64,000 nucleotides of DNA. Origin: Vitrella brassicaformis CCMP3155. Taxonomy: Eukaryota > Protista > Chromerida. A program made the translations under genes and the position numbers. Below the pieces are notes generated by a model, which was not told the origin of the DNA, did not search any database, and was given only the letters and a program-made list of their open reading frames with translations. The DNA is taken from contig CDMY01000973.1 of the NCBI GenBank assembly GCA_001179505.1, forward strand, positions 168,341 through 232,340, in the 5' to 3' direction. Positions 19,301-30,484 of this stretch are shown here, piece by piece (position 1 is the stretch's first letter; each line of letters begins with the position of its first letter).

Positions 19301-19396
19301 GTTCCCTGGGAGAGCCTCACAGACGCATAGGAGCAAGAGCACAAGCATCCCCGCAGTGCCGGGTGACCGAATGACAGAATGGCGAAAGGGTGCCAT
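16363..19396 (-). CDS. Secreted protein with ZP-N plus ZP-C module, polybasic cleavage site and acidic beta-rich C-terminal domain
   Basis: Signal peptide MLVLLLLCVCEA; ZP-N-type Cys motifs; HLVLNGCP, FSMKPMAF, SIQC; RRRRRLQ; the exons checked join in consistent phase, with a last exon ending PPFPV* at 16363. Confidence 0.8.
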
Positions 19397-19850
19397 TCTG
19401 CCCGCCCGCTCCTCTCAATCAGCCAGCCGTCCTTGCGGGTGTGTGGAAGTAGATAGATAGGTGGGTGAATGAGGAGGGGCCGGGGAGGGAGAAGAACAGA
19501 TAATCAGACGGACAGGACGTGGGAAGGGAGGGAAGAAGAGGAGAGCCCAGGTGGGGGTGGCGGTAGCTCTTTGGCCGCTGCCTTCCTTCTCCTCGCAAAC
19601 TGCGCTGCCCACCTTGGTGGTTTATGCAGCGCCATCAGGCTTCCTTTCCGTACAGTGTACAATGGACTTGCGTTTCACGGATTTGCGCCTTTTGGAGGTG
19701 TGTTGTTGACAAAGCCAAAACGCTGCGGCAGACCCTCTGCAACACTGATATCTCTGCCCGCAAGTTAGTTCGCCTGTCCGAGCGAATTGCTGACTCCGGG
19801 ATATCCTTCAGTCCTGACCCCCGCATCCGCGAGGCCGAAGATCCGTCAGG

Positions 19851-20598
19851 ATGTCAGGCCCGGGTGTGCCAGTGAGCCCTCCACCAGCAGCACCGCCAGT
19901 CAAGCGCAAGAAGCCGACAGGCCGGGTTGTCGACCGCACAGAAACAGATGACCTCGATGAAGACCGTAAGCACAGCACAAGAGAGGATGACAGGCGAGAG
20001 GTGACGAGATCTTGCTTGCCTTGCCTCTGGTCTGTGTTGCTGTTGCCTGCCACCTGTGTGTCAGTCGCTTTGATGCTGCGAGGCTATGGGTGCGTGGAGG
20101 AGGCTGTGCCTGCGGAACCGGTCTTGGCTCTGCGACAGATAGCCGTGCAGTTCATGGAACAGCTGGTAAGGAGGAGAGACCAGTCTGCCATGGTGGGTGC
20201 CGTGCCCGCTTGACTCGTGCCGCTCGCTTCCTGTGTGCTTCCAGACGGCCAAGTGTGAGCGGCTGGCCATCCACCTCAATGACCGCAGCGTCACCCCTGC
20301 CCACCTCTCCCACATACTGCGCACCGACCCACCCAAGCGCAAGCGAGCCGCCGACCTCTCAGCCACCATGCGAGACCTCTACCAGGTCGGGCAGATGAGC
20401 GACCTCGCCGTCCCCGCCCCGCCACCAAGAGCATTTCGCCGTCAGTTCGCGTCGTTCATGCCGCCTCCGCCGAAGAATGAGAAGAAGCAGAGACCCAAGC
20501 CGAAGAAGAGACCCCCCGGACCCCCCAGACCTCCCGGGCCGCCTGGACCACCCCTTCCGAGGCCGCCAGGGACCATGGAAGTGTTGGGCGGTTTCTGA
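19851..20598 (+). CDS. TAF13/Spt3-like histone-fold protein with P-rich tail (exons 19851-19965, 20065-20165, 20245-20598)
   Basis: LALMLRGYG..LRQIAVQFMEQLTAK..VTPAHLSHILRTDPPKRKRAADL parallels TAF13 (MMYGFGD..FITEMT..LIRKDPRKFARVKDL); splice phases are consistent. Confidence 0.65.
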
Positions 20599-21286
20599 CG
20601 CTGGGGCGTTCTGGGCGTGCGTGCGGTGGGATGGCGGTTCTTGTTATGCGATGATTGGGGGTTTGTGAATAGCTAGAGAGGTTCTGGTTTTTCCTGTAGC
20701 TTGGCGCTGCCTTGTTCCGTGCTTGCTCCTCCCCCTGGCCGACATGTGGATTCGAATGTCCGTAGTGTGACGTTCGTGTCGTCGTGTCGGTGAGGGCGGA
20801 TGAGGCAATGCATCAACACAGCACAGACAGCGCAGCATGAGGTGTGCCATGCCATGTTCCTGCTTTGATAGGATGGATTGATCTGCATGCGGACAGCCAG
20901 TAATGTCTCGTATGTCCCCTTGCGCACTACGTATCAGCATAAAGCCCACCCACCCTATCTACCCATACCATTCATCTGTGGTGGGGGTGGATGGATGGTG
21001 GATGACAGCAAGGCGGCATCGGTGTGCATCCACGCCCGCACACGCGCACACACTTCTGCAAATGTTCTCTCACACCATTGCACGTGCAGGCAGGCAGACA
21101 ACGAGAAAGGCGGAGACGGGCTGCCATCCGCGCCGAGAGAGAGAGAGAGAGAGAGAGGGAGGGAGAGAGAGGGAGAAAGACAGACATGCGGCACGCCATT
21201 TCATATGAAAGGCAAACGAGAGGGCGCCACCCTCCCGTACCTATCCACCTACTCGTATCCTCTCTCCCCTCTCCCCTCTTATCTGT

Positions 21287-22214
21287 CTACACCTGTGAAG
21301 CCACTGCGTAAGGGTTGGAGGAACGTCGATGCTGCTCCTGCGAGAGACGTCGATGCTGCTCCTGCTGCTCCTGCTCCTGCTCCTGCCGCTTCTGGAGGCT
21401 CATGGCGATCAGGATGCAGAAGACCAAGCAGAAGGAGCTGACTATCCCGATCCACGCCAGAATGAGCACCACCAATGAGAGGTTCACCAGGTGCTCTGAA
21501 CGGACAAGAATGTGCAGACCGCCGTGAGTAGGGTGGTGCAGTCATCATGACGAGTGGCGTGCTCCCCCACTCACCGGGGCACTCCCCGGTCTGAAAGTAC
21601 CAGGCTGTGCCGAGGCAGATCCACACCAACGAGAACCTGAATTCCACACAATGCAGATTTCACAACCAGGAGAGATGAGATGCCATCATGCCGTGCCGCT
21701 TATAGCCCAGCGATGCCATTGATGGTGACCAGGGCTGCAGAATGGGAAAAAGAAAACGGCGATTTCCTTGGTGATTCATTCCCCTCACCTGCTCTGCAGA
21801 TGACGTCATGGGGTGGAACGTAGAACGAGGCGCCCACGACGAAACAAACCACGATGTTTAGGGCCCAGAACCCCCAGATGAAGGTGTCCAGGTTCGTATC
21901 GCCTGCAGCCACACACACCAGCACACCACCAGATCTCCCTGGCCATCCCTGGCCGGATACTCGCCGCCCTACGGCTTACATGGCGCCTCGCCGCCCTACG
22001 GCTTACATGGCGCCTCGCGCGTGATGGCGAGTATGATGGAGCACACGGCCACCCACACCAGGGGGACGCAGAGGTTGCAGCACTGCTGACAAGCCACCTG
22101 CACCCACACCAGGGGGTGCAGGTGCAGGTTCTCCTGCTGCACCTGCACGTGACTCCCCCGACGAACAGTGCTGTTCGGGGGGAGGGAGGAGGGCAACTCA
22201 TACTGGACGTACAT
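21287..22214 (-). CDS. Four-TM protein (TMEM272/plant RING-associated TM-domain-like), paralog A
   Basis: Four hydrophobic segments with loop Cys (CDTNLD, QTGEC), FSLVWICLGTAWY, and a Q/E tail ending AVASQV*; 4 exons. Confidence 0.75.
21961..22014. repeat. Perfect 27-bp tandem duplication spanning a splice donor
   Basis: tcgccgccctacggcttacatggcgcc x2. Confidence 0.95.
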
Positions 22215-22322
22215 TTTCCTCTCCCTTTCTTCAGACAGGGGTCTTGCCAGCTCGCAGATGGCCCCATTCGAGACTGGGGGCGGCACTGGGCGTCTCGCGC
22301 TGCTGCAGCGTGTCCGACGAAG

Positions 22323-25300
22323 ATGTGGGGCTTGTTGCACACGCAGCGCAGCCCCCGTCTGCAGGACCAGGAGGGCGACAGTGAGGGAGACGGCCACAGC
22401 CGCCTCAGTGGTGTTGATGGGGAGTGCTACATCCAGCTGCGGAGAGTCGACGAGGGCGACGCTCAGCAGGCCGTCCACCACACACAGACAGACCATCCCA
22501 AGGTCGCCTTGCAATGCTCATATGGCATCTCTGACGAGTGGTGTCTGTGTCCGTCTGTCCACTGCAGATAGCCTCGGCCTCGAGTGAGCACATTCCTCTG
22601 CTGCTGGACGATGGCCAAGGCCTTGTGACTGAGCCCCAGCTGCCGGATGTCACCGATGACATCACGAAGGCACCGAGACGCTTCGAGCAGGTGGGCCGGT
22701 GTCACTCGACTCTGATGAGTCTCTTGGACGTCTGTGTGTCGTCTGCAGGTTCCGTTGGTGGGTGCCCCAGCCGCCGACGAATGGAAACAGACAGATGACC
22801 TGATGAACAGCATCCAGAGTGCCATACTAGCATCAGATGAGGAGGGCCTGCGGAAGGTCCTCGCCGGTCTGTCGCCTGAACAAGCGGAGAGATCGTTGAC
22901 TGGATACGGGTCAGAGGCGCAGTTGCTTTCTGCGGCTATATTCGGATTTGCCTCTGCGATCCATCTTGCCGCAGGTACGCACCGTCTGACGACTGTCTAC
23001 ACATGATGCAACCATGTGGCTTTTGTGTGTGCTTCTCAGGGGTGTGTTCGCGTGTGGAAGTCTTTGAGGTGCTGTTCCAGGACCGACACCACCTGCTCAA
23101 ACTGAAAGATAGTGTAGCGTGCTCGACAACTACACTCATTCCATTGGCCGACCGATGTCTTCACTACCAGCTTCACTGTGTGTCTGCAGTATGGCGTCAC
23201 GCCTCTCCATTTTGCAGCAAGGAATGGGTCGGTTGGTGTTGTGGAGAAGTTTGTGGAGTGGGGCGGAAAGGAACTGCTCGAAGCTCAGGACTCGGTGAAG
23301 ATGAGGACCTCTTCTTAAGAGGACACTGGGCATGGCGTTTCAGATGCCCTCTTCATGCTCTGTGTGTACAATGGCGAGACGCCTCTTCATTCGGCAGCAT
23401 GTCAGTCACTCCTACAGATGACAGCAAGGCGATTGAATAAGTCCTCAAAGTTTCTCTGCCATCTCGTGTAGTGGGTGGCCGTGTCGATGTGCTGAAGGTG
23501 ATGTTGAGGGTGAACCCACAGCCCGTGAAGATCAAAGACAGCGTAGGCTGCACCGCACCTGTCAAGCTGCCCGTCGAGGTGGTCAATGCTCGTGACTCTG
23601 ACAGAACGGGAAGACGCCTCTGGATGTTTCTCTTGCCCTTGCCAAGAACAGACCGTCAGTCGTCGTAGCGATCGTTGCCGTGGCTTGGGACGTGATTATG
23701 GAGCTGCTGGGAGGAAGCGACGAAAAGCTCGATCAGGTGGTGAAGCCTGAGGGTCTTCAAGAGGTGGTGCCCTTGACGAAGGCCTTCCTGAAGGATCGCT
23801 CTGAGTCGCCGGGCCTCGACAGCCTTCGGTTCTGTGCCTTCTTTCGCAAGCTGATGGAGTTGCGACCCAAAGACTCCCTCACCGATGAATTTGCCAATAT
23901 TTCAAACTGGCAGGAGGTATTAATGAAAGAAACAGCTTCCTCATCTTCTGCATTTGATTGTCCAATCGCTTCATGCAGGCCCTCACAGCCAACTTCTGTG
24001 GCGGTACAGCAGAACAAGGCTTCGAACAGTCACTTTCGGGCAGAGAGAGAGAGTGGTTTGCTCTGCTCGAATCCTTGGAACCCCTGCAAGTCGTCACACA
24101 GGGTAACTCACACAAGAGCATTGCCCCCTCTCGGTCTGTCCGTTGATGTCTCCTTTTTCTGCTGCCTGATTGAGACAGCCAACTGCATCTCTCTCGTCAC
24201 AAAGCATTGGAATCCAAACTCTTTTCAGTTCGGGCCCCGTGATGTCTTCATGACTCGCGTGCTGTCAATGCTGCTGATGTAAGACGGCAGGCATGCACCA
24301 CGATTAAGGCAGAGAGACACACGGCATGTCTGTGTGTTGCAGGGTGGCGTATGTGCTGCTGCACATCGAGTCGATCAAGGGAGACAGCGTGATTGAGGTG
24401 GCCGTAATGGGCCAGTCGGTGTGGCTGGGGGGAGCACTGCTGACGGGCATAGGGTTTCTTGTTCAGGAACTCTTCGAAGTAAGACAGATGGGGGAGACAT
24501 GACTGAGAAACGATGACATGTATCATCCTCTGTGTGATTTCTGTGTGTGTGCAGGGCATCCGTCTGAAAGCAGCGTACTGGGAGGACTCATGGTACGCGT
24601 CATTCTCCCTCCTGCCAGACTCATCCCTATGCCCCTTCGTGCACAAATTTAGGAATGCCATCGACTTCGCTTGTTCCCTAGCCCTCGTTGCCTTCCTCGT
24701 TATCCACTTCTCTGGCTGGTCGTCGGACGCGGAGGTCGGCTCAGGGATCCTCATAGCGCTGCTCTTTGCGCTGCGTCTCCTCCAAACCGCCAGCCTGCAA
24801 CCAACTGTCGGGCCACTCATACTGTCAGTGAGCCGAGAGCCAAAGAGACACACACAGAGAGGGATGTCTGATGCTGTGTGACGGGTATTTGTGTCAGTGC
24901 GGTGATGAGGATGTTTTCGGACATCAGCATGTTTCTGTGTGTGTACGTCTACATCCTGCTGGTCTTCGCGGGCGTCTTCACCCTCCTCTCGTCCGACGAA
25001 GACCACCAGTACTTCGGCTCCTTCGGCCAGGCCATGCTCACACTGTGCGGATGGGACCTCATGAGAAGACACACAGGGGAGAGAGACACCTGCCTCTTTC
25101 CGTCTTCTGTGTTGTGCAGTTTCTACGCCAAACAGGGTGACTTCAATGACGCGTTGAACAACGCCATAGAGAGCCACAACACGCTGGGGGCCGTCCTGCT
25201 GTTCACATACGTCATCCTCTCCTCCATCATACTCGTACGTCGCACCACTCATCTAGGGCCGCTCAGCAACGAGAGTATCATGCCATTTCTTGTCTCTCTC

Positions 25301-26569
25301 TCTCTCCCTCTCTCTGCCGGCGTGCATCGATAGCTCAACCTGCTCATCGCCATCATGGTAAGACAGACACGAGAGTGTGTCCTTTAGGGGCCACATGCAT
25401 GTGATCAATGTTCATACATGCGTGTGTGTGCTGTGTGTCAGGCGTCCACATTTGAGGCCATCAAGGAAAAACAAGCCGCTCAGTACCAGTGAGTCAAAGA
25501 GATGTCAGAGGCACATAAGGCCTCTCTCTCTCCCTCTGTCAATGAGTGCAGGCTGCTGCGCATCCGCGTCTTGAATGAGTACCTGACAATGCCCCATCAC
25601 GAGCGCCTGCCGCCGCCATTCAATCTCATCGGTCAGTGCGACAAGAGACATGGACTGCATCCATCACATGTGAGCGTCTGTGTCTGTGCAGCTGTGGTCG
25701 TGTCGGAGCCCCTGCGATACCTCGCATCCCTCATCAGCGAAGAACGGAGAGAGCAGTCGACGCTCTGCTGCATTGCCTTCTGGTGGATGAAGGCCCTCTA
25801 CTCCACCGTCGACGGACTCCTTTTCGCCGTCGCCTTCACACCTGTGGCCATCTACAAAACGCTGGAGGGGGTCGTCAAATTGCTGCAGGAGACAACTCTA
25901 TTTGTGGGTATCTTTACATTTGTCGGCCTACCCTTTTCCATCCTCCTGATGCCCCTTATCCTTCTCTGCACATACGCCCAGCGAGTGAGGGTCAAAAGAC
26001 AAGTCACATGAGACAAACAGCGGCTCTGTCTCGTTTCTCTGGCGTGGTCGGGTAGGAGTCGTTGTTCACTTTTGACGCCACCGAAAGTGACAGTCTGGAG
26101 ATGGCACGAGAATCATTCAAGGACGGCATCGACAAGTGGATTGAGAAGGCGGATCATCACGACAAGAGCGTCCCTGACGTCATGACAGGTGAGACAGGAC
26201 CCACAGGCAGGCAGGTAGCAAGGTGTCTCACGAGGAGGGCGTCTGTGTCTGTGCCTGTATTGCAGTCCTCAAAGCCGAGATCCAACCAGGTGCCCATAAC
26301 GACTCTGCTCATAAGGACTCTGCTCTCGATCCATCTCGGCTGCTCTTTTTCGATTTACTGCAGCACTCGAGCACTTCCAAGCGTACGTCGAAGATGAGAT
26401 TCACTCTTCTCAATCCGAAATGCTTGCAGGTGATGCTTGAGCAAGAACTGAGCAATATTCCGGTCAATCCATCTCGACTTCTCTCTCTTGTTCGAACGTA
26501 CCAGTTGTGCAACAGATGGACAAGCGGCAAGCGGAACTGGAAGCATACATCAAGGCGAGGATCAAATAG
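22323..26569 (+). CDS. Ankyrin-repeat TRP-family cation channel (start codon uncertain)
   Basis: Ankyrin motifs YGVTPLHFAARNG, NGETPLHSAA, NGKTPLD; YWEDSWNAIDF; S4-S5 GPLIL; pore FGSFGQAMLTL; LNLLIAIMASTFEAI; LPPPFNLI; C-terminal coiled coil. Confidence 0.85.
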
Positions 26570-27476
26570 GCGGCGTGGGACATCGGATCGACTGCACGGC
26601 CTCTGAATCAATCAAATGTGACCTTGCGGACGTGTCACAATGTGTGTAACGCGCTTCAAGGTCTCGATCTACATATGCAGACATATACCTTTGCACTCAA
26701 ATGTCGGCTGGATCACGGCCGTCTCTCATGCGCGAAGCAACCCAGCAAGCTTGTCTGCAGTGATGCAGTGATTCAGTGAAGAGAAAGATCCATCATTGAT
26801 TGACTCATTGCTTGACTGACAAGCGCACACACTGGCGCCGCGTCACTGCAAAATGGCGAAGTGTCTCGTTCTTGCGTTCGGCCGATCAATCCCATTGCAA
26901 AACAGCACGCAAAGGAAGATGACGGACGGGGACTTGCTACATATATAGCACACAAATGGGTTAACGAATGCACCGATCCATACACACATACATACATACA
27001 GGCATACAGGCAGGCCGGACGGCACACTCACGGCACACCGCCGTCCACCCATCCATCCATCCATCCATCTGTGTTGGGGGTGGATGGATGGATGGATGGA
27101 TGGTGGATGACAGCCAAGCGGCATGCGTGCATCCACGTCCACACACACGCCACACACACGTGGTTCCCTCACACTCTTGCACATGCAGGCAGGCAGGCAG
27201 GCAGGCAGGCAGACAGGCAGACAAACAAATAAACATGGACAGACGGGCTGCCATCCGGGCCGAGAGAGAGAGAGGAGGGAGAAATTGAAGACAGACAGGC
27301 GGCAGACCATATCATATGAAACGCAAACGAGAGGGCGGCATTCAAATCCCATTAAATACATCCTGTCCCCTCACGAGCTTAAAGCCCACCCACCCACCCC
27401 ATTCCCCCTGTACCTATCCACCTACTCGTATCCTCTCTCCCCCTCTCGCCCTCTCCCCCTCTCCCCTCTTGTCTGT

Positions 27477-28389
27477 CTACACCTGAGACGCCACTGCGTA
27501 GGGGTTGGAGAGACGTCGGTGCTCCTCCTGCTGCTCCTGCTCCTGCCGCTTCTTGAGGCTCATTGCGATCAGCATGCAGAAGACCAAGCAGAAGGAGATG
27601 ACTATCCCGATCCACCCCAAGATGAGCACCGCCAATGACAGGTTCACCAGGTGCTCTGAACGGACAAGAACGTGCAGATGGCCGTGAGTAGGTTGGTGTT
27701 GTTGGGTGCATGGCGTGTTGACTTACTCACCGTGGCACTCCCCCGTCTGTGAGTACCAGGCTGTGCCGAGGCAGAGCCACACCAACGAGAACCTGAATTC
27801 CACACAATGCAGATTTCACAACCAGGAGAGATGAGATGCCCTCATATGCCATGCCGCTTACAGCCCAGCGATGCCACTGATGGTGGTCAGGGCTGCAAAA
27901 CGGAGAAAGAAACGGCGATTTCCTCGAGGCGATTTCCTTGGTCCTTTGTTCCCCTCACCTGCTTTGCATTTCACGTCATCGGTCCCAACGCAGAAGGTGG
28001 CGCCCGTGACGATGGAAAACACGATGTTCAGGGCCAGGAACCCCCAGATGAAGATGTCCAGGTTCGTATCGCCTGCAGCCACACACACCCAACCCAGCCA
28101 TCCACCAGATCTCCCCCCTCCCTCCCTGGCCTCGCCCTGGCCGGTTGCTCGCCGTCCTCGAAATCGTCCCTTGTGGCTTACATGCCGCCTCCCGCGTGAT
28201 GCCGAGTATGATGGAGCAGACGACCACCCACACCAGGGCGCTGAAGAGGTTGCAGCAGGTCTGACAAACGTTGGCCTCCTGCACCTGCACCTCGCTCCCC
28301 CGACGAACAGTGCTGTAGTACTCGGGCCTTCCCCCGCCGCCAAGTGGCACGTTGTACCCCACGGTGTATTGGACGGGCTGAACGCTCAT
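27477..28389 (-). CDS. Four-TM protein (TMEM272-like), paralog B
   Basis: Same exon structure as paralog A, with clear DNA similarity to it; starts MSVQPVQY, ends AVASQV*. Confidence 0.78.
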
Positions 28390-28579
28390 TTTCCTCCTGC
28401 TTCTTTAGCAGGGGCCCAAGTTGCCGGCTCGCTGGATGGCCCCAATTGAAGGAGTATGACCGTAAGATGACCGGCGATAGATATGGAAAATTGATAGACA
28501 CGGGGAGTCAGTCGTTACATAGGCAGACAGGCATGGAGGCATGACAAAACGACACGGCACACGCACGGCACTCCAGACA

Positions 28580-28800
28580 CACACACGCACACACGCGTAC
28601 AAATGTCCTCACACCATTGCACGCACACGCACACAGATACAGGCAGGCAGGCAGGTCAACAGACAGACAACCAGGCAGGCGGACAGACGGGCTGCCATCC
28701 CGGCCGAGAGAGAGAGGAGGGAGGAGAGAAACCGACAGGCTGCACATCACATCACGTCGATCATACGAAAGGCAATGAGAGGGTGGCGTTTCAAACACAG
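28580..28800. repeat. Third, CDS-less copy of the 4-TM downstream noncoding block
   Basis: tcacaccattgcacg..gacgggctgccatcc.ggccgagagagagag..tacgaaaggcaa matches 21070-21230 and 27170-27340. Confidence 0.75.
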
Positions 28801-29621
28801 CAGCAGCAAGCAGCAGCAAATGCATCCATCGTCCGTATCCGTATGTTGCCATTGTCGTGAGCAATCCCCGGCCCGGCATCAGCAACCAATCACTCACGCA
28901 CACATCACGACACGAGGTGTGTGGATGGATGGATGCCCTCACAGCCGTCGCGGGCGCGAGCGGGCTGTGGCGCACCAGCAGATAGAGTATATACCATCCA
29001 CACACACACACACGGACGCATCTTACATGCCATCCATCCATCCGTCCAAACAAACAAACAAAACAGGGAGGCAGAAAGGGAGAAAGGGAGAAAAACACAA
29101 ACGACATCATGAGTCCATGTGCGCGTCGACGTGGCATGACATGACATGGCAGGCGCAGACAGGCAGCTGTACACACAGGCAGGCAGCTAGGTAGGCAGAC
29201 CGACCGACAGGTCATATAGACGAGAATACCTGGACGTGCAGTGCATGCCTTGGTGTCAGTCAGTGCGATCGGTATTGGCTGGCTGCTGACAGCGTCTTTG
29301 CAAGCAAGCGGGCGGGCGAGTGGCCGTGTGTGTGCAATCGTGTGTGTGCGATGGAAACACGCACCTTCATGAAGGCCGACGAACGGTTGGTGGCGAGAGG
29401 CCTTCCTCCCTCTCTCTCTCTCTTTGCTGCTCTGCAACGTGGGTCGGGTTGAGCGAGTCACTAGCGATCCAGGTAGGCAGGCAGACAGGCAGCAAGTCGG
29501 TAATGTGTGTGTGTGTGTGTGTGTGTGCGTCTGTCCGTGTGCCCGTCAGGTGAGTGAAGTTTGCGAAAAAGGCGAAGAATCCACCGATTGAGCACTTAAT
29601 CGGGTGTAGCGGCGGGGGGGG

Positions 29622-29921
29622 NNNNNNNNNNNNNNNNNNNNNNNNNNNNNNNNNNNNNNNNNNNNNNNNNNNNNNNNNNNNNNNNNNNNNNNNNNNNNNN
29701 NNNNNNNNNNNNNNNNNNNNNNNNNNNNNNNNNNNNNNNNNNNNNNNNNNNNNNNNNNNNNNNNNNNNNNNNNNNNNNNNNNNNNNNNNNNNNNNNNNNN
29801 NNNNNNNNNNNNNNNNNNNNNNNNNNNNNNNNNNNNNNNNNNNNNNNNNNNNNNNNNNNNNNNNNNNNNNNNNNNNNNNNNNNNNNNNNNNNNNNNNNNN
29901 NNNNNNNNNNNNNNNNNNNNN
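29622..29921. other. Assembly gap (300 N), intergenic
   Basis: N run flanked by G runs. Confidence 0.99.
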
Positions 29922-30484
29922 GGGAGTGAGGGAGGCAGTCGAAATGAGCATTGACGACAGACAGGCAGGCAGCAGCAAACACGCACACACGGAGAGAGTC
30001 GCTCCATCCACCATCCATATGTGTGTGAATGTGTGTGTGTGCGCTATAAGCGGTAAAAGAAACCAACCGACAAACACACGCACGCACGCATCGCACGCAA
30101 CGCATCCGCATTGGCCGATCGATCAAATGCACTCACTCTCTGTCTGGCCGGCAGCCCAGCCACCCGACAGCCACCTGCCATCCATCCATCCAGCCACCCA
30201 CTATTACGCACCAACGCATCGCGACATGGCAGCCCGGCCGGCATGGCATCCAGACAGACAGACCGACAGAGGCATGAAAAAGATTGCATTGCAAGCCAGC
30301 AGGGCAGGGCAGCGCAGCGAAGCACTTGCGTACGGACCAAAGGAAGCGAGATGCGGCGAGGCAAGCAAGGGAGGGGAGGGGCGGGGAGGGGGAAGGGGAA
30401 GGGGAAGCGGAGAGGGGCGTGTGTGTGGCGATCCACTCAGATCCGATCCTATGAGATCAGATCTATAGGATCAGATCAGCCTTA

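Larger units (their letters stand above)
20960..22270. repeat. Direct segmental duplicate of ~27060-28450 (4-TM gene plus flanks)
   Basis: Shared noncoding blocks (ggatgacagc, gacgggctgccatcc, tacctatccacctactcgtatcc) and shared CDS. Confidence 0.88.
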
